A DNA stretch of 64,000 nt from an uncultured Christensenellaceae bacterium. Lineage in GTDB: Bacteria; Bacillota; Clostridia; Christensenellales; UBA3700. The stretch covers positions 2,213 through 66,212 of the forward strand of contig CALWHE010000009.1 in NCBI GenBank assembly GCA_944380295.1. Direction: 5' to 3'. The notes under the pieces were generated by a model, which searched no databases, had not been told where the DNA came from, and was given only the letters and a program-made list of their open reading frames with translations. Position numbers and translations under genes: made by a program. Numbering within the stretch: the stretch's first letter is position 1; every line of letters starts with the position of its first letter. Below, one piece after another: positions 40,120 to 50,643 of the stretch.

Positions 40120-41283
40120 TCAAAGCCTTTTTATGCGTTCGGCGGCAGCCAGCGTGTTTTCATGGCTGTTGAACGCCGTGAGGCGGAAAAAGCCCTCCCC
40201 GCCGCTGCCGAAGCCCGCCCCTGGAGTGCCCACTATCTGCGCGGAATCAAGAAGTTTATCGAAAAATTCCCAGGAAGGCATGCCGCATTCCATCCATATA
40301 TACGGGGAGTTTTCTCCGCCGAAAAACCTTATCCCCTTTTCTCCGAGCGCGCCGGCGATAAGGCGGGCGTTTTCCAGATAATATGCGATGTGTTCGTCGG
40401 CGGCGCGCAGCCCCTCCGGCGTGAGCACGGCTTGGGCGGCGCGCTGGACGACATAGGGCACGCCGTTGAACTTCACGCATTGGCGGCGTAGCCAGGCGGC
40501 GTTCACGCTGCCGCCCGCGAGCGTTTCCGGCACCACCGTCCAGCCGCAGCGCAGTCCGGTAAAGCCCGCCGTTTTTGAAAACGAGCACACTTCTATGGCG
40601 CAATATTCCGCGCCGGGGACGGAGTAAACGGTGGTGGGCAGCGCCTTGTCCGTGATAAAGCGCTCATAGGCGGCGTCGTAAATTATCAACGCGCCCGTGG
40701 CAAGGGCGTGCTCCACCCACAGCCGCAGCTTTTCCGCGTCATAAACCGCTCCGGTGGGGTTGTTGGGCGAACAGATATAGATGACGTCCGCCTTCACGCT
40801 CTTGTCCGGCAGGGGCAGAAAGCCGTTTTCCGGCAGCGCCTTTACAAACACCGTCTTATTGCCCGAGATGATGTTGGCGTCCACATAAGCGGGATAGACG
40901 GGATCGGGGACAGCCACGGTCATGCCGCGGGGGAAGATGTCCAAAATGTTGCCCAGATCGCTCTTGGCGCCGTCGGACACAAAGATCTCGCCAGTGTTCA
41001 GCTTCACGCCCTTGCCGGCGTAATATCCCGCGATGGCTTCGCGCAGAAAGTCATATCCCTGCTCCGGACCGTAACCGCGGAAAGAGGCTTGTTCCCCCAT
41101 CTCTTCCGCCGCCGCGCGCAGAGCTTGCACGACGCATTCCGGCAGGGGCAGCGTGACATCGCCTATGCCCAGCGAAATGACGTTTTTTTGCGGGTGCTCC
41201 GCCGTGAACGCGGCAACGCGCGCCGCCACTTCCGCAAACAGATAATTGGGCGTGAGCGCCCGGAAATTTTCACTTATCTTCAT
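40120..41283 (-). CDS. dapL: LL-diaminopimelate aminotransferase
   Basis: 387 aa. N-terminus [14 protein letters not shown] and [12 protein letters not shown] typical of Dap[14 protein letters not shown]-lysine motif. Confidence 0.85.
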   Translation of the reverse strand: MKISENFRALTPNYLFAEVAARVAAFTAEHPQKNVISLGIGDVTLPLPECVVQALRAAAEEMGEQASFRGYGPEQGYDFLREAIAGYYAGKGVKLNTGEIFVSDGAKSDLGNILDIFPRGMTVAVPDPVYPAYVDANIISGNKTVFVKALPENGFLPLPDKSVKADVIYICSPNNPTGAVYDAEKLRLWVEHALATGALIIYDAAYERFITDKALPTTVYSVPGAEYCAIEVCSFSKTAGFTGLRCGWTVVPETLAGGSVNAAWLRRQCVKFNGVPYVVQRAAQAVLTPEGLRAADEHIAYYLENARLIAGALGEKGIRFFGGENSPYIWMECGMPSWEFFDKLLDSAQIVGTPGAGFGSGGEGFFRLTAFNSHENTLAAAERIKRL

Positions 41284-42889
41284 CTTCTTCCCCTCCTTGC
41301 CGATTTGCGCACTCGCGCACGAACGCCGCGAACAGCGGGTGCGGACGATTGGGACGCGATTTGAATTCCGGGTGGAACTGCACGCCGATATAAAAAGGCA
41401 GCCCGTTTATCTCCACCGCTTCCGTCAACTTGCCGTCCGGCGAGCGCCCGCAGACGGAAAGCCCGGCTTTTTCCAGCTCTCTGCCGAACGCGTTGTTGAA
41501 TTCGTAACGGTGGCGGTGACGCTCCGTCACGCTGTCACAGCCGTATATCCGCGCGGCGCGGCTGCCCTTTGCCAGCACGCACGGATAGGCGCCCAGGCGC
41601 ATGGTCCCGCCCTTGGGGATATCCCCGTATTGGTCAGCCATCAGATCTATCACCTTGTGCGCGGACATGCTGTTCAGCTCTCCCGAATCCGCGTCCGCCC
41701 AACCCAGGACGTGGCGCGCGAACTCTATGACCGCCGTCTGCATGCCCAGGCATATGCCGAAATAAGGCACTCCGTTCGTCCGGCAATATTCCGCCGCCGC
41801 TATCATGCCCTCTATGCCTCTGGAACCAAAGCCGCCGGGGACGATCACTCCGCCGTAACCGCTCAGCCGCTCACGCGCGTTTTCCCTGTTCAGCGTCTCC
41901 GAATCCTCCCAGCCTATCTCCGCTTTCAGCCCGTGCGCCAAGCCACCGTGGCGCAGCGCTTCCGCCACGGACAGGTAGGCGTCATGCAGCTTCACATACT
42001 TGCCCACGAGCGCGATTTTCACGCCCCTGCCCGGCGTTTTTATGCGCTCCACCATCTCTTCCCATTCCTTTAAGCGGCAGGGTCTGTCTTCCAGCCCCAG
42101 CGCCTTGCACACCTTGGCGCTCAGCTGCTCTTCTTCCAGCATGAGCGGCGCTTCGTAAAGGCTTTCCACCGTGACGTTGTCTATCACGCACTCCCTTTCC
42201 ACGTTGCAGAACATGGCTATTTTATCCTTTACTTCGCGCGTGAGCCGCTCCCGGCAGCGCGTGACGATGATGTCCGGGCTGAGCCCCATGGACTGCAACT
42301 GCTTCACGGAGTGCTGGGTGGGCTTGGTCTTGTATTCGTCCGAACCGTCTATAAAGGGCACGAGCGTGACGTGGATGAGCATGCTGTCCCCTCTTTTTTC
42401 AAAGCAGATCTGCCTGACCGCTTCCAAAAACGGCTGACTTTCTATGTCCCCGATGGTGCCGCCTATCTCCGTGATGACCACGTCCGCGGCGCTCTTTTGC
42501 CCCACCGAATAGACAAAGCGTTTGATCTCGTCTGTGATGTGCGGTATGACCTGCACCGTCCCGCCCAGATAGGCGCCCTCACGCTCCTTTCTGATCACGT
42601 TGTAATAAACTTTGCCCGTGGTGAGATTGGAATATTTGTTGGTGTTTTCGTCGATGAAGCGCTCGTAATGCCCCAGATCGAGATCTGTTTCCGCGCCGTC
42701 TTCCGTGACAAATACCTCGCCGTGCTGATAAGGGCTCATCGTCCCGGGATCCACGTTTATGTAAGGATCCAGCTTTTGCGCCGCCACCTTGTATCCCTTG
42801 GCTTTGAGCAGTCTGCCCAAAGAAGCCACCGTTATGCCCTTGCCCAGTCCGGACACCACTCCGCCCGTCACAAATACGTATTTACTCAT
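41270..42889 (-). CDS. pyrG: CTP synthase
   Basis: 539 aa. Has [19 protein letters not shown] and the GATase domain GICLGMQ. Confidence 0.95.
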   Translation of the reverse strand: MSKYVFVTGGVVSGLGKGITVASLGRLLKAKGYKVAAQKLDPYINVDPGTMSPYQHGEVFVTEDGAETDLDLGHYERFIDENTNKYSNLTTGKVYYNVIRKEREGAYLGGTVQVIPHITDEIKRFVYSVGQKSAADVVITEIGGTIGDIESQPFLEAVRQICFEKRGDSMLIHVTLVPFIDGSDEYKTKPTQHSVKQLQSMGLSPDIIVTRCRERLTREVKDKIAMFCNVERECVIDNVTVESLYEAPLMLEEEQLSAKVCKALGLEDRPCRLKEWEEMVERIKTPGRGVKIALVGKYVKLHDAYLSVAEALRHGGLAHGLKAEIGWEDSETLNRENARERLSGYGGVIVPGGFGSRGIEGMIAAAEYCRTNGVPYFGICLGMQTAVIEFARHVLGWADADSGELNSMSAHKVIDLMADQYGDIPKGGTMRLGAYPCVLAKGSRAARIYGCDSVTERHRHRYEFNNAFGRELEKAGLSVCGRSPDGKLTEAVEINGLPFYIGVQFHPEFKSRPNRPHPLFAAFVRECANRQGGEEDEDK

Positions 42890-42904
42890 ACTCGCCTCCG
42901 CAAA

Positions 42905-42955
42905 AGAAAAAGGCGCCCGCTCCGAGCAAGCTCGGAACGAACGCCTTTGTTCTCA
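42905..42955 (-). promoter_or_regulatory. pyrG leader attenuator (AAAGGC hexaloop hairpin overlapping an intrinsic terminator)
   Basis: RNA reads GAGAAC-AAAGGC-GUUCG..., then terminator GGCGUUCGUUCCGAG/CUCGGAGCGGGCGCC plus a U-run. Near-identical flanks to the gltB-like leader. Confidence 0.6.
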
Positions 42956-42958
42956 TAT

Positions 42959-42987
42959 ATTATAGCGCCGCGCGGCAAAGATGTCAA
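42959..42987 (-). promoter_or_regulatory. Sigma-70-type promoter of pyrG-dapL
   Basis: TTGACA, 17 nt, TATAAT. Confidence 0.6.
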
Positions 42988-43008
42988 AGCATTTTGACGG
43001 GCATAAAC

Positions 43009-43572
43009 TCATCCTTCGTAAGTTTTTATCACGTCCATCGCCACTTCAAAGCGGCTGCGCCTGCTCTCCATGGCGGTGCGCTCGATATACTTGTGCGCCT
43101 CTTCTTCCGACATGCCCAGATATTGCATGAGCACGCATTTGGCGCGGTAGATGACTTTGAGTTCCTCTATCTGTCCGCGCAGTTTGAGCGTGACCTTTTT
43201 CATGTTCCTCAGGCGCGCCGAGGTCGCCAAAAGCAGCTGCGACGCGCGCGCGGCGTCCGCGGCGTTAAAAGGCTTTTGCAAAACCACCACCCCGTATGGT
43301 CTGAGCTTGTCCTCCGCCATGGCGTATATCCCCTGTCTGACCAGCAGGAGCACGCCCGCGCTGGTGCGTTCCGCCGCCTGAATGGCAAGTTCCGCGCCCA
43401 GCTCGTCTTCCAGCGGGGAGTTGACGATCAGCAGGGAAAAAGAATCGTCCGCCAGCCTGCGCCGCGCCTGTCCCGCTCCGCTCACGCGCACCACTTCGCA
43501 GCGCGAAGCGGCGCTGCCGAGCAAGTCGCACACGTCTGTTTGAGTAAGCGAAGCGAGCAGGACCTTTATCAT
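43009..43572 (-). CDS. ANTAR-domain RNA-binding antiterminator with a pseudo-receiver domain
   Basis: 187 aa. C-terminal ANTAR pattern (IYRAKCVLMQYLGMSEEEAHKYIERTAMESR). The receiver-like N-terminus lacks the acidic pocket. Confidence 0.85.
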   Translation of the reverse strand: MIKVLLASLTQTDVCDLLGSAASRCEVVRVSGAGQARRRLADDSFSLLIVNSPLEDELGAELAIQAAERTSAGVLLLVRQGIYAMAEDKLRPYGVVVLQKPFNAADAARASQLLLATSARLRNMKKVTLKLRGQIEELKVIYRAKCVLMQYLGMSEEEAHKYIERTAMESRRSRFEVAMDVIKTYEG

Positions 43573-43573
43573 A

Positions 43574-44794
43574 TTATCTTTCCAAAAACTTTTCCGTCAG
43601 CTCGCGCGAGAGCGTTTTTTGCACGAACGCGCTGGCGCGCGCCAGTTCCGCCGCGCGGGGCAGCGAGTCCGGCAGCGCGGGATACGCCCCGTCTTTTTCT
43701 TTGAACATGTTCTTGTCGCAGGGCGGCGGGAGAGGCATGCCGCACGCTATCCCTTCCAAGCCCGCCTCTATGAGCAGGGCGAACACGATATAAGGATTGC
43801 AGGAAGGGTCGGGAGAGCGCAGCTCTATGCGCCTGCCCGCCTTGTCCGCAAAGGGCACGCGGATGAGCTGACTGCGGTTGCCGCGCGACCAGGTGATGAA
43901 TTTGGGCGCTTCACAGCGTCCCAAACGCTCGTAAGACTGCGGCAGAGGATTGGTGAACGCCGCCGTTTCCGCCGCCCTGTTCATCACGCCGGCGATGAAC
44001 GCCTCCGCGTCCGCGCCGCCCTCGGCAAAGATGTTTTTGCCGTCTTTTTCCAGGGAGATGTTCACGTGCAGACCGTTGCCGCTCTCCCCTGCGAGCGGTT
44101 TGGGATCGAAAGACGCGCACAGCCCGTTTGCCTGCGCCACGTTTGACACTATCCAACGGAAAGTGACCAGGTTGTCCGCCGCCGTCACCGGCTCGGCGTG
44201 GCGGAAGTCTATCTCGTTTTGCCCCGGTCCCTGTTCGTGATGGCTGCGCTCGGGGAACAGCCCCATCTCCGTGAGCGTGTTGCAGATCTCGCGGCGCACG
44301 TTTTCCCCCTTGTCCAGCGGATATATGTCAAAGTATCCGCCCCTGTCCAGCGGCTCGCGCGTCGGCTCGCCGTTTTTGTCCGTCAAAAACAGATAAAATT
44401 CGCATTCCGTGCCTATGCGGCAGGTATACCCCAACTCACGGGCGTGTTCGCACGCCTTTTTCAGGATATATCTGCCCGAGGCGGTGAAGGGCGTGCCGTC
44501 CGGCTTGAAGATATCGCAAAACATGCGTATCACCGTGCCGTCATGCGAGCGCCAAGGCAAAACGCTCATGGTCGCGGGATCGGGTTTGAGCAACAGGTCG
44601 GAATTTTCCACGTTCATGAAGCCCTTGATCGCGGACGCGTCGAACGAGATGCCGTGATCGAACGCCTTGGGCAGCTGCTGGGGCACGACGGATATGTTCT
44701 TCTGATTGCCGAAAATATCGCAAAACGCAAGTCTGACGAATTTCACGTCCTGCTCGCGCACGAATTCTTCCACGTCGTATCTGGTATATTGCAT
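43574..44794 (-). CDS. glnA: Glutamine synthetase family protein (short type I-like)
   Basis: Start at MQYTRYD (GGAGG RBS). Has GESGNGLHVNISL and NPYIVFALLIEAGLEG motifs. Confidence 0.85.
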   Translation of the reverse strand: MQYTRYDVEEFVREQDVKFVRLAFCDIFGNQKNISVVPQQLPKAFDHGISFDASAIKGFMNVENSDLLLKPDPATMSVLPWRSHDGTVIRMFCDIFKPDGTPFTASGRYILKKACEHARELGYTCRIGTECEFYLFLTDKNGEPTREPLDRGGYFDIYPLDKGENVRREICNTLTEMGLFPERSHHEQGPGQNEIDFRHAEPVTAADNLVTFRWIVSNVAQANGLCASFDPKPLAGESGNGLHVNISLEKDGKNIFAEGGADAEAFIAGVMNRAAETAAFTNPLPQSYERLGRCEAPKFITWSRGNRSQLIRVPFADKAGRRIELRSPDPSCNPYIVFALLIEAGLEGIACGMPLPPPCDKNMFKEKDGAYPALPDSLPRAAELARASAFVQKTLSRELTEKFLER

Positions 44795-44858
44795 GATGAC
44801 CTCCGTAAACTTACCGTCTTCTTTTATATTATACCGCATGCCGGCGCGCAAGTAAAGT

Positions 44859-45575
44859 TCAATTACTCACGTAAAGCCGCTTGGCGCGCGCGTTTTCCGC
44901 CGGCGTTATCACGGTGAACTTATCCGCCAGCAGCGCATTTACGTCGCCGCCGAAAGCGGCGCAAAACTTGCGCAGATAAGGCTCCAAAAGGCGCATGTCC
45001 TCCGCCTCCGCCCGGCGCGCCGCCGTGCATTCGGGCAAGGGCACTCCCACCTCGCCGCGCACGTAGATCCTGCCGCCGTGCATGCCGCGCGCCGCCTCTT
45101 CTCCCAGCGGCGCCGCCTCATTATGCAGATCGAGCACGGCTATGATCCCGCCGGCGAGATATTCGCCCAAAAAACAGCCCGCTCTGCCACCCACGACAAG
45201 CACGGGAAACTGCTTGTCATACGCCTTCATATGCACGCCGGCGCGGTAACCGGCGTTGTCGCGGACATAAACTTCTCCGCCGCGCATGGCATAACCCGCC
45301 GCGTCGCCGCACCCGCCGAACACGTATATCTCGCCGCCGCCCATGGTGTCTGCCAGCGCGTCCTGCGCGTTGCCGTAAACGCGCAGCTCTCCGCTCTCCA
45401 TATAAGCGCCCGCGCCGTTGCCCGCCACACCGTAAACGTTGATGCTCCGCCCCGCTCCCGCGCAGGCGATAAAGCGCTGCCCGTTGCACGCGCGGATATC
45501 TATCCTTTTGTCCGTGCAACGGCGCACCGCCTCGTTGAGTTGCTCACAGCTCATTCCCTTGGCATAAATTTCCAT
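44859..45575 (-). CDS. Glutamate-synthase GXGXG (GltB C-terminal domain) subunit
   Basis: Start at MEIYAKG, directly after the upstream stop. Repeated G.G.G beta-helix pattern (YGVAGNGAGAYM, VFGGCGDAAGYAM). Confidence 0.8.
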   Translation of the reverse strand: MEIYAKGMSCEQLNEAVRRCTDKRIDIRACNGQRFIACAGAGRSINVYGVAGNGAGAYMESGELRVYGNAQDALADTMGGGEIYVFGGCGDAAGYAMRGGEVYVRDNAGYRAGVHMKAYDKQFPVLVVGGRAGCFLGEYLAGGIIAVLDLHNEAAPLGEEAARGMHGGRIYVRGEVGVPLPECTAARRAEAEDMRLLEPYLRKFCAAFGGDVNALLADKFTVITPAENARAKRLYVSN

Positions 45576-45577
45576 TT

Positions 45578-47074
45578 TCACTCTCCCGCATGCATGATGC
45601 CCAAAATGTCCAGTTCGCGTGAAGAAAGCCCCAGTCCGCGCAGCATCAGACGGTTGCCGCGCAACGCTTCTATGGCATTGATGCCCATACCGCCCATCAT
45701 CTCTTCCATCTCGTGCTTCCAGGCGGTGACCAGGTTCACCAAACGCCGCACCCCTTCCTCCACGTCCAGGCGCGCCACCAGTTCCGGCTGCTGCGTAGCT
45801 ATGCCCCAGTTGCATTTGCCGCCGTGACAGCTGCGGCACACATGGCACCCCAGCGCGATGAGCGCCGCCGTGCCTATATATACCGCGTCCGCGCCCAGGG
45901 CGATGGCTTTGACCATGTCCGCGGAATTGCGTATGCTGCCGCCCGCCACCAGCGAAACCCTGTTGCGTATCCCCTCCGCGCGCAGACGCGAATCCACGCT
46001 TGCCAACGCCAGTTCCACGGGTATGCCCACGTTGTCGCGTATGCGCGTGGGCGCAGCGCCCGTGCCGCCGCGCCAGCCGTCCAGCACTATCACGTCCGCG
46101 CCGCTCCTGGCAATGCCGCCGGCGATGGCGGCAATGTTGTGCACCGCCGCCACCTTGACAAAGACGGGCTTGGCATGACCGGTGGCTTCTTTGAGCGAAT
46201 CCACCAGCTGGCGCAGATCTTCTATGGAATAAATGTCGTGATGAGGCGCGGGGGAAATGGCGTCGCTGCCCGGCGGGATCATGCGCGTGAGCGCTATGTC
46301 GCCCACCGTTTTTTCTCCCGGCAGATGTCCGCCTATGCCCGGCTTGGCGCCCTGACCCATTTTGATCTCTATGGCGGCGCCGGCATTGAGATAATCTTTG
46401 TGCACGCCGAATCTGCCCGACGCCACCTGCACTATCGTGTTTGCCCCGTATTCGTAAAAGTCGCGGTGCAGTCCGCCCTCGCCCGTGTTGTAATAAGTGC
46501 CCAGCTCTCGCGCCGCGCGCGCCAGGGCGGCGTGGGCGTTATAACTTATCGACCCGTAAGACATGGCGGAAAACATCACCGGCACTTCCAGCCTCAGCGC
46601 CCCGCCCTCGGGCTTTATCTGCCCGTTTGCGTCCCTCTTCACCTCTCTGTTCTGCGCGCCCAGATATACGCGCGTTTCCATCGGTTCGCGCAGCGGATCT
46701 ATGGGCGGATTGGTGACCTGTGAGGCGTTCACCGCTATCCTGTCGAAGTAAGCGGGCATATCGCTCTGATTGCCCATGGAAGAGAGCAGCACGCCGCCCG
46801 TTTCCGCCTGTTTGTATATCTCGCGCACCGCCTGCAAATGCCAGTTGCCGTCACTGCGCGGCGCGTTGCGGTTTTTTATCACTTTGAGCGCGCCCGTCGG
46901 ACACATCTCCACGCAGCGCTGGCAATTGACGCATTTTTCGTCGGCAATGCGCCACCCGCCCTCCTTCGTCACCGAGTATACGCCGTTTGCGCATTGCTTG
47001 GCGCACAAGCCGCAGTCGCAGCAGCGTTCCCTGTCTTTGAGTATTTCAAACTCCGCTCTTGCCCTTGCGTTCAT
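45578..47074 (-). CDS. Glutamate-synthase FMN (central GltB) domain subunit with an N-terminal 2x[4Fe-4S] ferredoxin domain
   Basis: CCDCGLCAKQC and CVNCQRCVEMCP clusters, then the GltB core (GAKPGIGGHLPG). ATGA overlap with the upstream gene. Confidence 0.85.
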   Translation of the reverse strand: MNARARAEFEILKDRERCCDCGLCAKQCANGVYSVTKEGGWRIADEKCVNCQRCVEMCPTGALKVIKNRNAPRSDGNWHLQAVREIYKQAETGGVLLSSMGNQSDMPAYFDRIAVNASQVTNPPIDPLREPMETRVYLGAQNREVKRDANGQIKPEGGALRLEVPVMFSAMSYGSISYNAHAALARAARELGTYYNTGEGGLHRDFYEYGANTIVQVASGRFGVHKDYLNAGAAIEIKMGQGAKPGIGGHLPGEKTVGDIALTRMIPPGSDAISPAPHHDIYSIEDLRQLVDSLKEATGHAKPVFVKVAAVHNIAAIAGGIARSGADVIVLDGWRGGTGAAPTRIRDNVGIPVELALASVDSRLRAEGIRNRVSLVAGGSIRNSADMVKAIALGADAVYIGTAALIALGCHVCRSCHGGKCNWGIATQQPELVARLDVEEGVRRLVNLVTAWKHEMEEMMGGMGINAIEALRGNRLMLRGLGLSSRELDILGIMHAGE

Positions 47075-48162
47075 CTCATCACCTCCGCTATCACCGCTTC
47101 TCCGCCCTCGGGCGCGTAAAGCCTGTCCAGCACGGGCGCAACGGCGCGGATCGCGCACTCTTCACTGGCGATATAAGTGGTGTTTTTATACTCTCCCACC
47201 ACCATGCTGCGCAGCTTCAACCGGTCGTTGATCGCCAAAAGTCCGCCCTTATACCCCAAAATCACGGAAAAAGGTCCCGTTATGAGCAGTCCGGAAAAAT
47301 TGCGGCGCAGATATTCCGCCCGCGCGCGCTCTTCTTCCGGCATGCGCTCTATCTTGTGCCAAAAAGGCGCGGCGATCACGGCACAGGCTTCTTTGAGCGT
47401 AAGCCCGCGCTTGCGCACCAGATAATCGAAGATATAAGTTATCACTTCCGTGTCCGTCTGCAAATTGCACTTGTAGCCGAACATCTCCATGTTGCGCCGG
47501 TTGGCGTCGTAAGAGGAGATCTCGCCGTTGTGCACCACCGCCATGTCCAGCAGACAGAACGGGTGCGCTCCGCCCCACCAGCCGGGAGTGTTGGTGGGAT
47601 ACCTGCCGTGCGCTATCCAGCTGTATGCCTTATACTCGTCCAGGCGGTAAAACTCGCCCACGTCCTCCGGATAGCCAACCGCCTTGAACGCGCCCATGTT
47701 TTTCCCGCAGGAAAACACGTAAGCCCCCTTCATGTGCGTGTTTATGTCAAAGGTGCAGCGGGAGACGTATTCGTCTTCGTCCAGCTGGCTCTCGGCAAGG
47801 CGCGTGGGCAGCGCCCTGACAAAATAGCGCCAGATGAGCGGCGCGTCCACCACTCCCGGCGTTTTGCGCACGGGTATTTTGGAGAGGTTGATGATGTCGA
47901 AGCGCTCTTCCAAAAAACTTTCGCACTCTCTCTTGACCACCTTGTCCGCGTAAAAAAGATGCAGCGCGTAATGGTCTTTGTATTCCGGATATATCCCGTA
48001 TCCGGCAAAACCGCCGCCCAGCCCGTTGCTGCGCTCGCGCATGGTGGCGATGGAAGTGATGATGGCGCCGCCGTCGCTCAGCCTGCCGTCGCGGTGGATA
48101 AAGCCGCTGATGGCGCAGCCGGCGGGGATACGCACGTTCCCTTCCGCAAACCTTTCTTCCAT
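47071..48162 (-). CDS. Class II glutamine amidotransferase (GltB N-terminal domain) subunit
   Basis: Start at MEERF (GGAGAG RBS). GltB-type GATase-2 pattern (AHGRYPTNTPGWWGGAHPF). Confidence 0.8.
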   Translation of the reverse strand: MEERFAEGNVRIPAGCAISGFIHRDGRLSDGGAIITSIATMRERSNGLGGGFAGYGIYPEYKDHYALHLFYADKVVKRECESFLEERFDIINLSKIPVRKTPGVVDAPLIWRYFVRALPTRLAESQLDEDEYVSRCTFDINTHMKGAYVFSCGKNMGAFKAVGYPEDVGEFYRLDEYKAYSWIAHGRYPTNTPGWWGGAHPFCLLDMAVVHNGEISSYDANRRNMEMFGYKCNLQTDTEVITYIFDYLVRKRGLTLKEACAVIAAPFWHKIERMPEEERARAEYLRRNFSGLLITGPFSVILGYKGGLLAINDRLKLRSMVVGEYKNTTYIASEECAIRAVAPVLDRLYAPEGGEAVIAEVMR

Positions 48163-48183
48163 GTTCTCTCCTTTTCCGCAAAA

Positions 48184-48235
48184 GAAAAAAGGCGCCCGCA
48201 AGACACCTCGGTCTTTTGCGAACGCCTTTGTTCAC
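48184..48235 (-). promoter_or_regulatory. Leader attenuator of the split glutamate-synthase/glnA/ANTAR operon
   Basis: RNA reads GUGAAC-AAAGGC-GUUCGC, then terminator GGCGUUCGCAAAAGAC/GUCUUGCGGGCGCC plus UUUUUUCUUUUG. A TAAAAT -10 lies 7 nt upstream. Confidence 0.6.
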
Positions 48236-48324
48236 GCTTATTTTAGCACGCCTTTTCTTGAAAAGTAAACAAAATAAGGGCGGTTTGCAGGCAAAAATTT
48301 TTGCGAAAAACACGCGGATTTTCG

Positions 48325-48353
48325 TTGACAACTCCGCCTTTGAAGCATAAAAT
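48325..48353 (+). promoter_or_regulatory. Sigma-70-type promoter of glnN
   Basis: TTGACA, 17 nt, TAAAAT. Confidence 0.6.
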
Positions 48354-48365
48354 GTCAACTGTGAA

Positions 48366-48404
48366 CAGCAACGGCGCTGCGGATATTTCCGCGGCGCCTT
48401 TTTT
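48366..48404 (+). promoter_or_regulatory. glnN leader attenuator
   Basis: CAGC-AACGGC-GCUG hairpin overlaps the 5' arm of terminator GGCGCUGCGGA/UCCGCGGCGCC plus UUUUUU. It sits about 50 nt upstream of the start codon. Confidence 0.6.
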
Positions 48405-48457
48405 GTTTTCAAACGGCAAATAAATTTCGGGAAGCGCACTTCCTGCAAGGAGATAAC

Positions 48458-50542
48458 ATGAAAAACATCAAAGAATTGTTCGGCAGCATGGTCTTTAACG
48501 ACGCCGTCATGCAAGAGCGCCTGCCGCGCAGCACTTACAAGGCGCTCAAAAGCTGTCTGTCCTCGGACACCCCCTTGGACATAGACACCGCCAACGTGGT
48601 GGCAAACGCCATGAAGGATTGGGCGATAGAAAAGGGCGCCACCCATTTCACCCACTGGTTCCAGCCCATGACGGGCGTGACGGCGGAAAAGCACGACTCC
48701 TTCATCGCTCCCGCCGGCGACGGCACGGTGATCACCGAATTCAAGGGCAAAGAGCTTGTCAAGGGCGAACCGGACGCCTCCTCTTTCCCCTCGGGCGGAC
48801 TGCGCGCCACCTTTGAAGCGCGCGGTTACACGGCGTGGGATCCTTCTTCTTACGCCTTTATAAAGGACGAAACGCTCTATATCCCCACCGCCTTCTGCTC
48901 TTACGGCGGTCAGGCGCTGGACAAGAAAACCCCGCTGCTGCGCTCCATTCACGCCCTGAACGAACAGGCGATGCGCATCTTGCGGCTTTTGGGCAGTGAC
49001 GCGGAAAATATCATTACTACGGTGGGTCCCGAACAGGAATACTTTTTGATAGACCGGGAACTTTACTTAAAGCGGCGCGATCTGGTGATCACGGGCAAAA
49101 CGCTCTTCGGCGCCCGTCCGCCCAAGGGGCAGGAGCTGGACGATCATTACTTCGGCGCCATCAAAACGCGCGTTCACGAATATATGCGCGATCTGGACGA
49201 AGAGCTGTGGAAGCTGGGCATTCAAGCCAAGACCGAACACAACGAAGTGGCTCCCGCCCAGCACGAGACCGCGCCCATCTTCACGGGCGCGAACATCGCC
49301 GCCGACCACAACCAGCTGACCATGGACATGATGAAGCGGCTGGCGCGCAAGCACGGTCTGGTGTGCCTTTTGCACGAAAAGCCTTTTGCCGGCATCAACG
49401 GCAGCGGTAAGCACAACAACTGGTCCATCAGCACGAACACGGGCGTGAACCTGCTTGAACCGGGCAAAACGCCCGCGGAAAACGCGCAGTTTTTGCTCTT
49501 TTTGTGCGCGGTGGTCGCCGCCGTGGACGATTATCAGGACCTTTTGCGCCTCTCCGTGGCAAGCGCGGGCAACGACCATCGCCTGGGCGCCAACGAGGCT
49601 CCGCCCGCCATCATCTCCATGTTCCTGGGCGAGGAGCTGACGGAGATATTGGAAAGCATAGAACGCGAAAGCTCTTACGCGGGCAGGAAAAAGTCCCTCT
49701 TTGAAGTGGGCGTGCACTACCTGCCCGCCTTTGCCAAAGACTCTACCGACCGCAACCGCACCTCTCCTTTTGCCTTCACGGGCAATAAATTCGAATTCCG
49801 CATGCCCGGCTCTTCCATGTCCGTTTCCGGACCCAACACCGTGCTCAACACGATCGTGGCGGAAGAGCTGTGCCGCTTTGCCGACGTGCTGGAATGCGCA
49901 AACGACATACCTTCCGCCATGACCGCGCTCATCAAAAATTCCATCGCCGCGCACAAGCGCATCATCTTCAACGGCAACAACTATTCGGAAGAGTGGCGCG
50001 CGGAAGCCAAGCGGCGCGGACTTTCCGAACTCTCCTCCACGCCCGACGCCTTGGCGCACTTCCTCGACCGCAAAAACGTGGATCTGTTCACCAAGCACGG
50101 GATATACACCAAAGAGGAGATGCAAAGCCGCCTGGAAATACTCTCGGAAAGTTACTGCAAAACTATAAACATAGAAGCGCTCACCATGTCCGACATGGCG
50201 CGCAAACAGCTGATCCCCGCCGTGGGCGAATATGTCGCCGCGCTGGGCAAGACGTATAAAGCCGCGTCCCTCTGCCCCGGCGCGCCCGGCCGCCGCGTTT
50301 CGGACGCTCTGGTCAAGCTGAGCGCGCTCTTGGACAAGCTATACACGCAGACGGATATTTTGGAAGCGGAAACGGCGAGCATGCGCTCCTGCGCGGACTC
50401 TTCTTCCATGGCGCGCCATTGCCGCGACCGCGTGATCCCCGCCATGAACGAGCTGCGCGTCACCGCGGATATGCTCGAACAAATGGTGGGCGAAAAATAT
50501 TGGCCGTTCCCCACTTACAGCGACCTTTTGTTCGGAGTGTGA
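48458..50542 (+). CDS. glnN: Glutamine synthetase type III
   Basis: 694 aa. N-terminus [16 protein letters not shown], length and motifs are typical of GS III. Confidence 0.9.
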   Translation: MKNIKELFGSMVFNDAVMQERLPRSTYKALKSCLSSDTPLDIDTANVVANAMKDWAIEKGATHFTHWFQPMTGVTAEKHDSFIAPAGDGTVITEFKGKELVKGEPDASSFPSGGLRATFEARGYTAWDPSSYAFIKDETLYIPTAFCSYGGQALDKKTPLLRSIHALNEQAMRILRLLGSDAENIITTVGPEQEYFLIDRELYLKRRDLVITGKTLFGARPPKGQELDDHYFGAIKTRVHEYMRDLDEELWKLGIQAKTEHNEVAPAQHETAPIFTGANIAADHNQLTMDMMKRLARKHGLVCLLHEKPFAGINGSGKHNNWSISTNTGVNLLEPGKTPAENAQFLLFLCAVVAAVDDYQDLLRLSVASAGNDHRLGANEAPPAIISMFLGEELTEILESIERESSYAGRKKSLFEVGVHYLPAFAKDSTDRNRTSPFAFTGNKFEFRMPGSSMSVSGPNTVLNTIVAEELCRFADVLECANDIPSAMTALIKNSIAAHKRIIFNGNNYSEEWRAEAKRRGLSELSSTPDALAHFLDRKNVDLFTKHGIYTKEEMQSRLEILSESYCKTINIEALTMSDMARKQLIPAVGEYVAALGKTYKAASLCPGAPGRRVSDALVKLSALLDKLYTQTDILEAETASMRSCADSSSMARHCRDRVIPAMNELRVTADMLEQMVGEKYWPFPTYSDLLFGV

Positions 50543-50574
50543 CGCTCCGCGTCGGGGGAAGGCGCAAAAGCGCA

Positions 50575-50612
50575 AAACAAATATCCGCTCCGAAGGGGCG
50601 GATATTTGTTTG
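50575..50612. terminator. Bidirectional terminator between glnN and asnB
   Basis: CAAATATCCGC.../...GCGGATATTTG with flanking A/T runs. Confidence 0.6.
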
Positions 50613-50643
50613 CCTTTCCGGGCGCGCCTTGCCGCGCGCCGCG

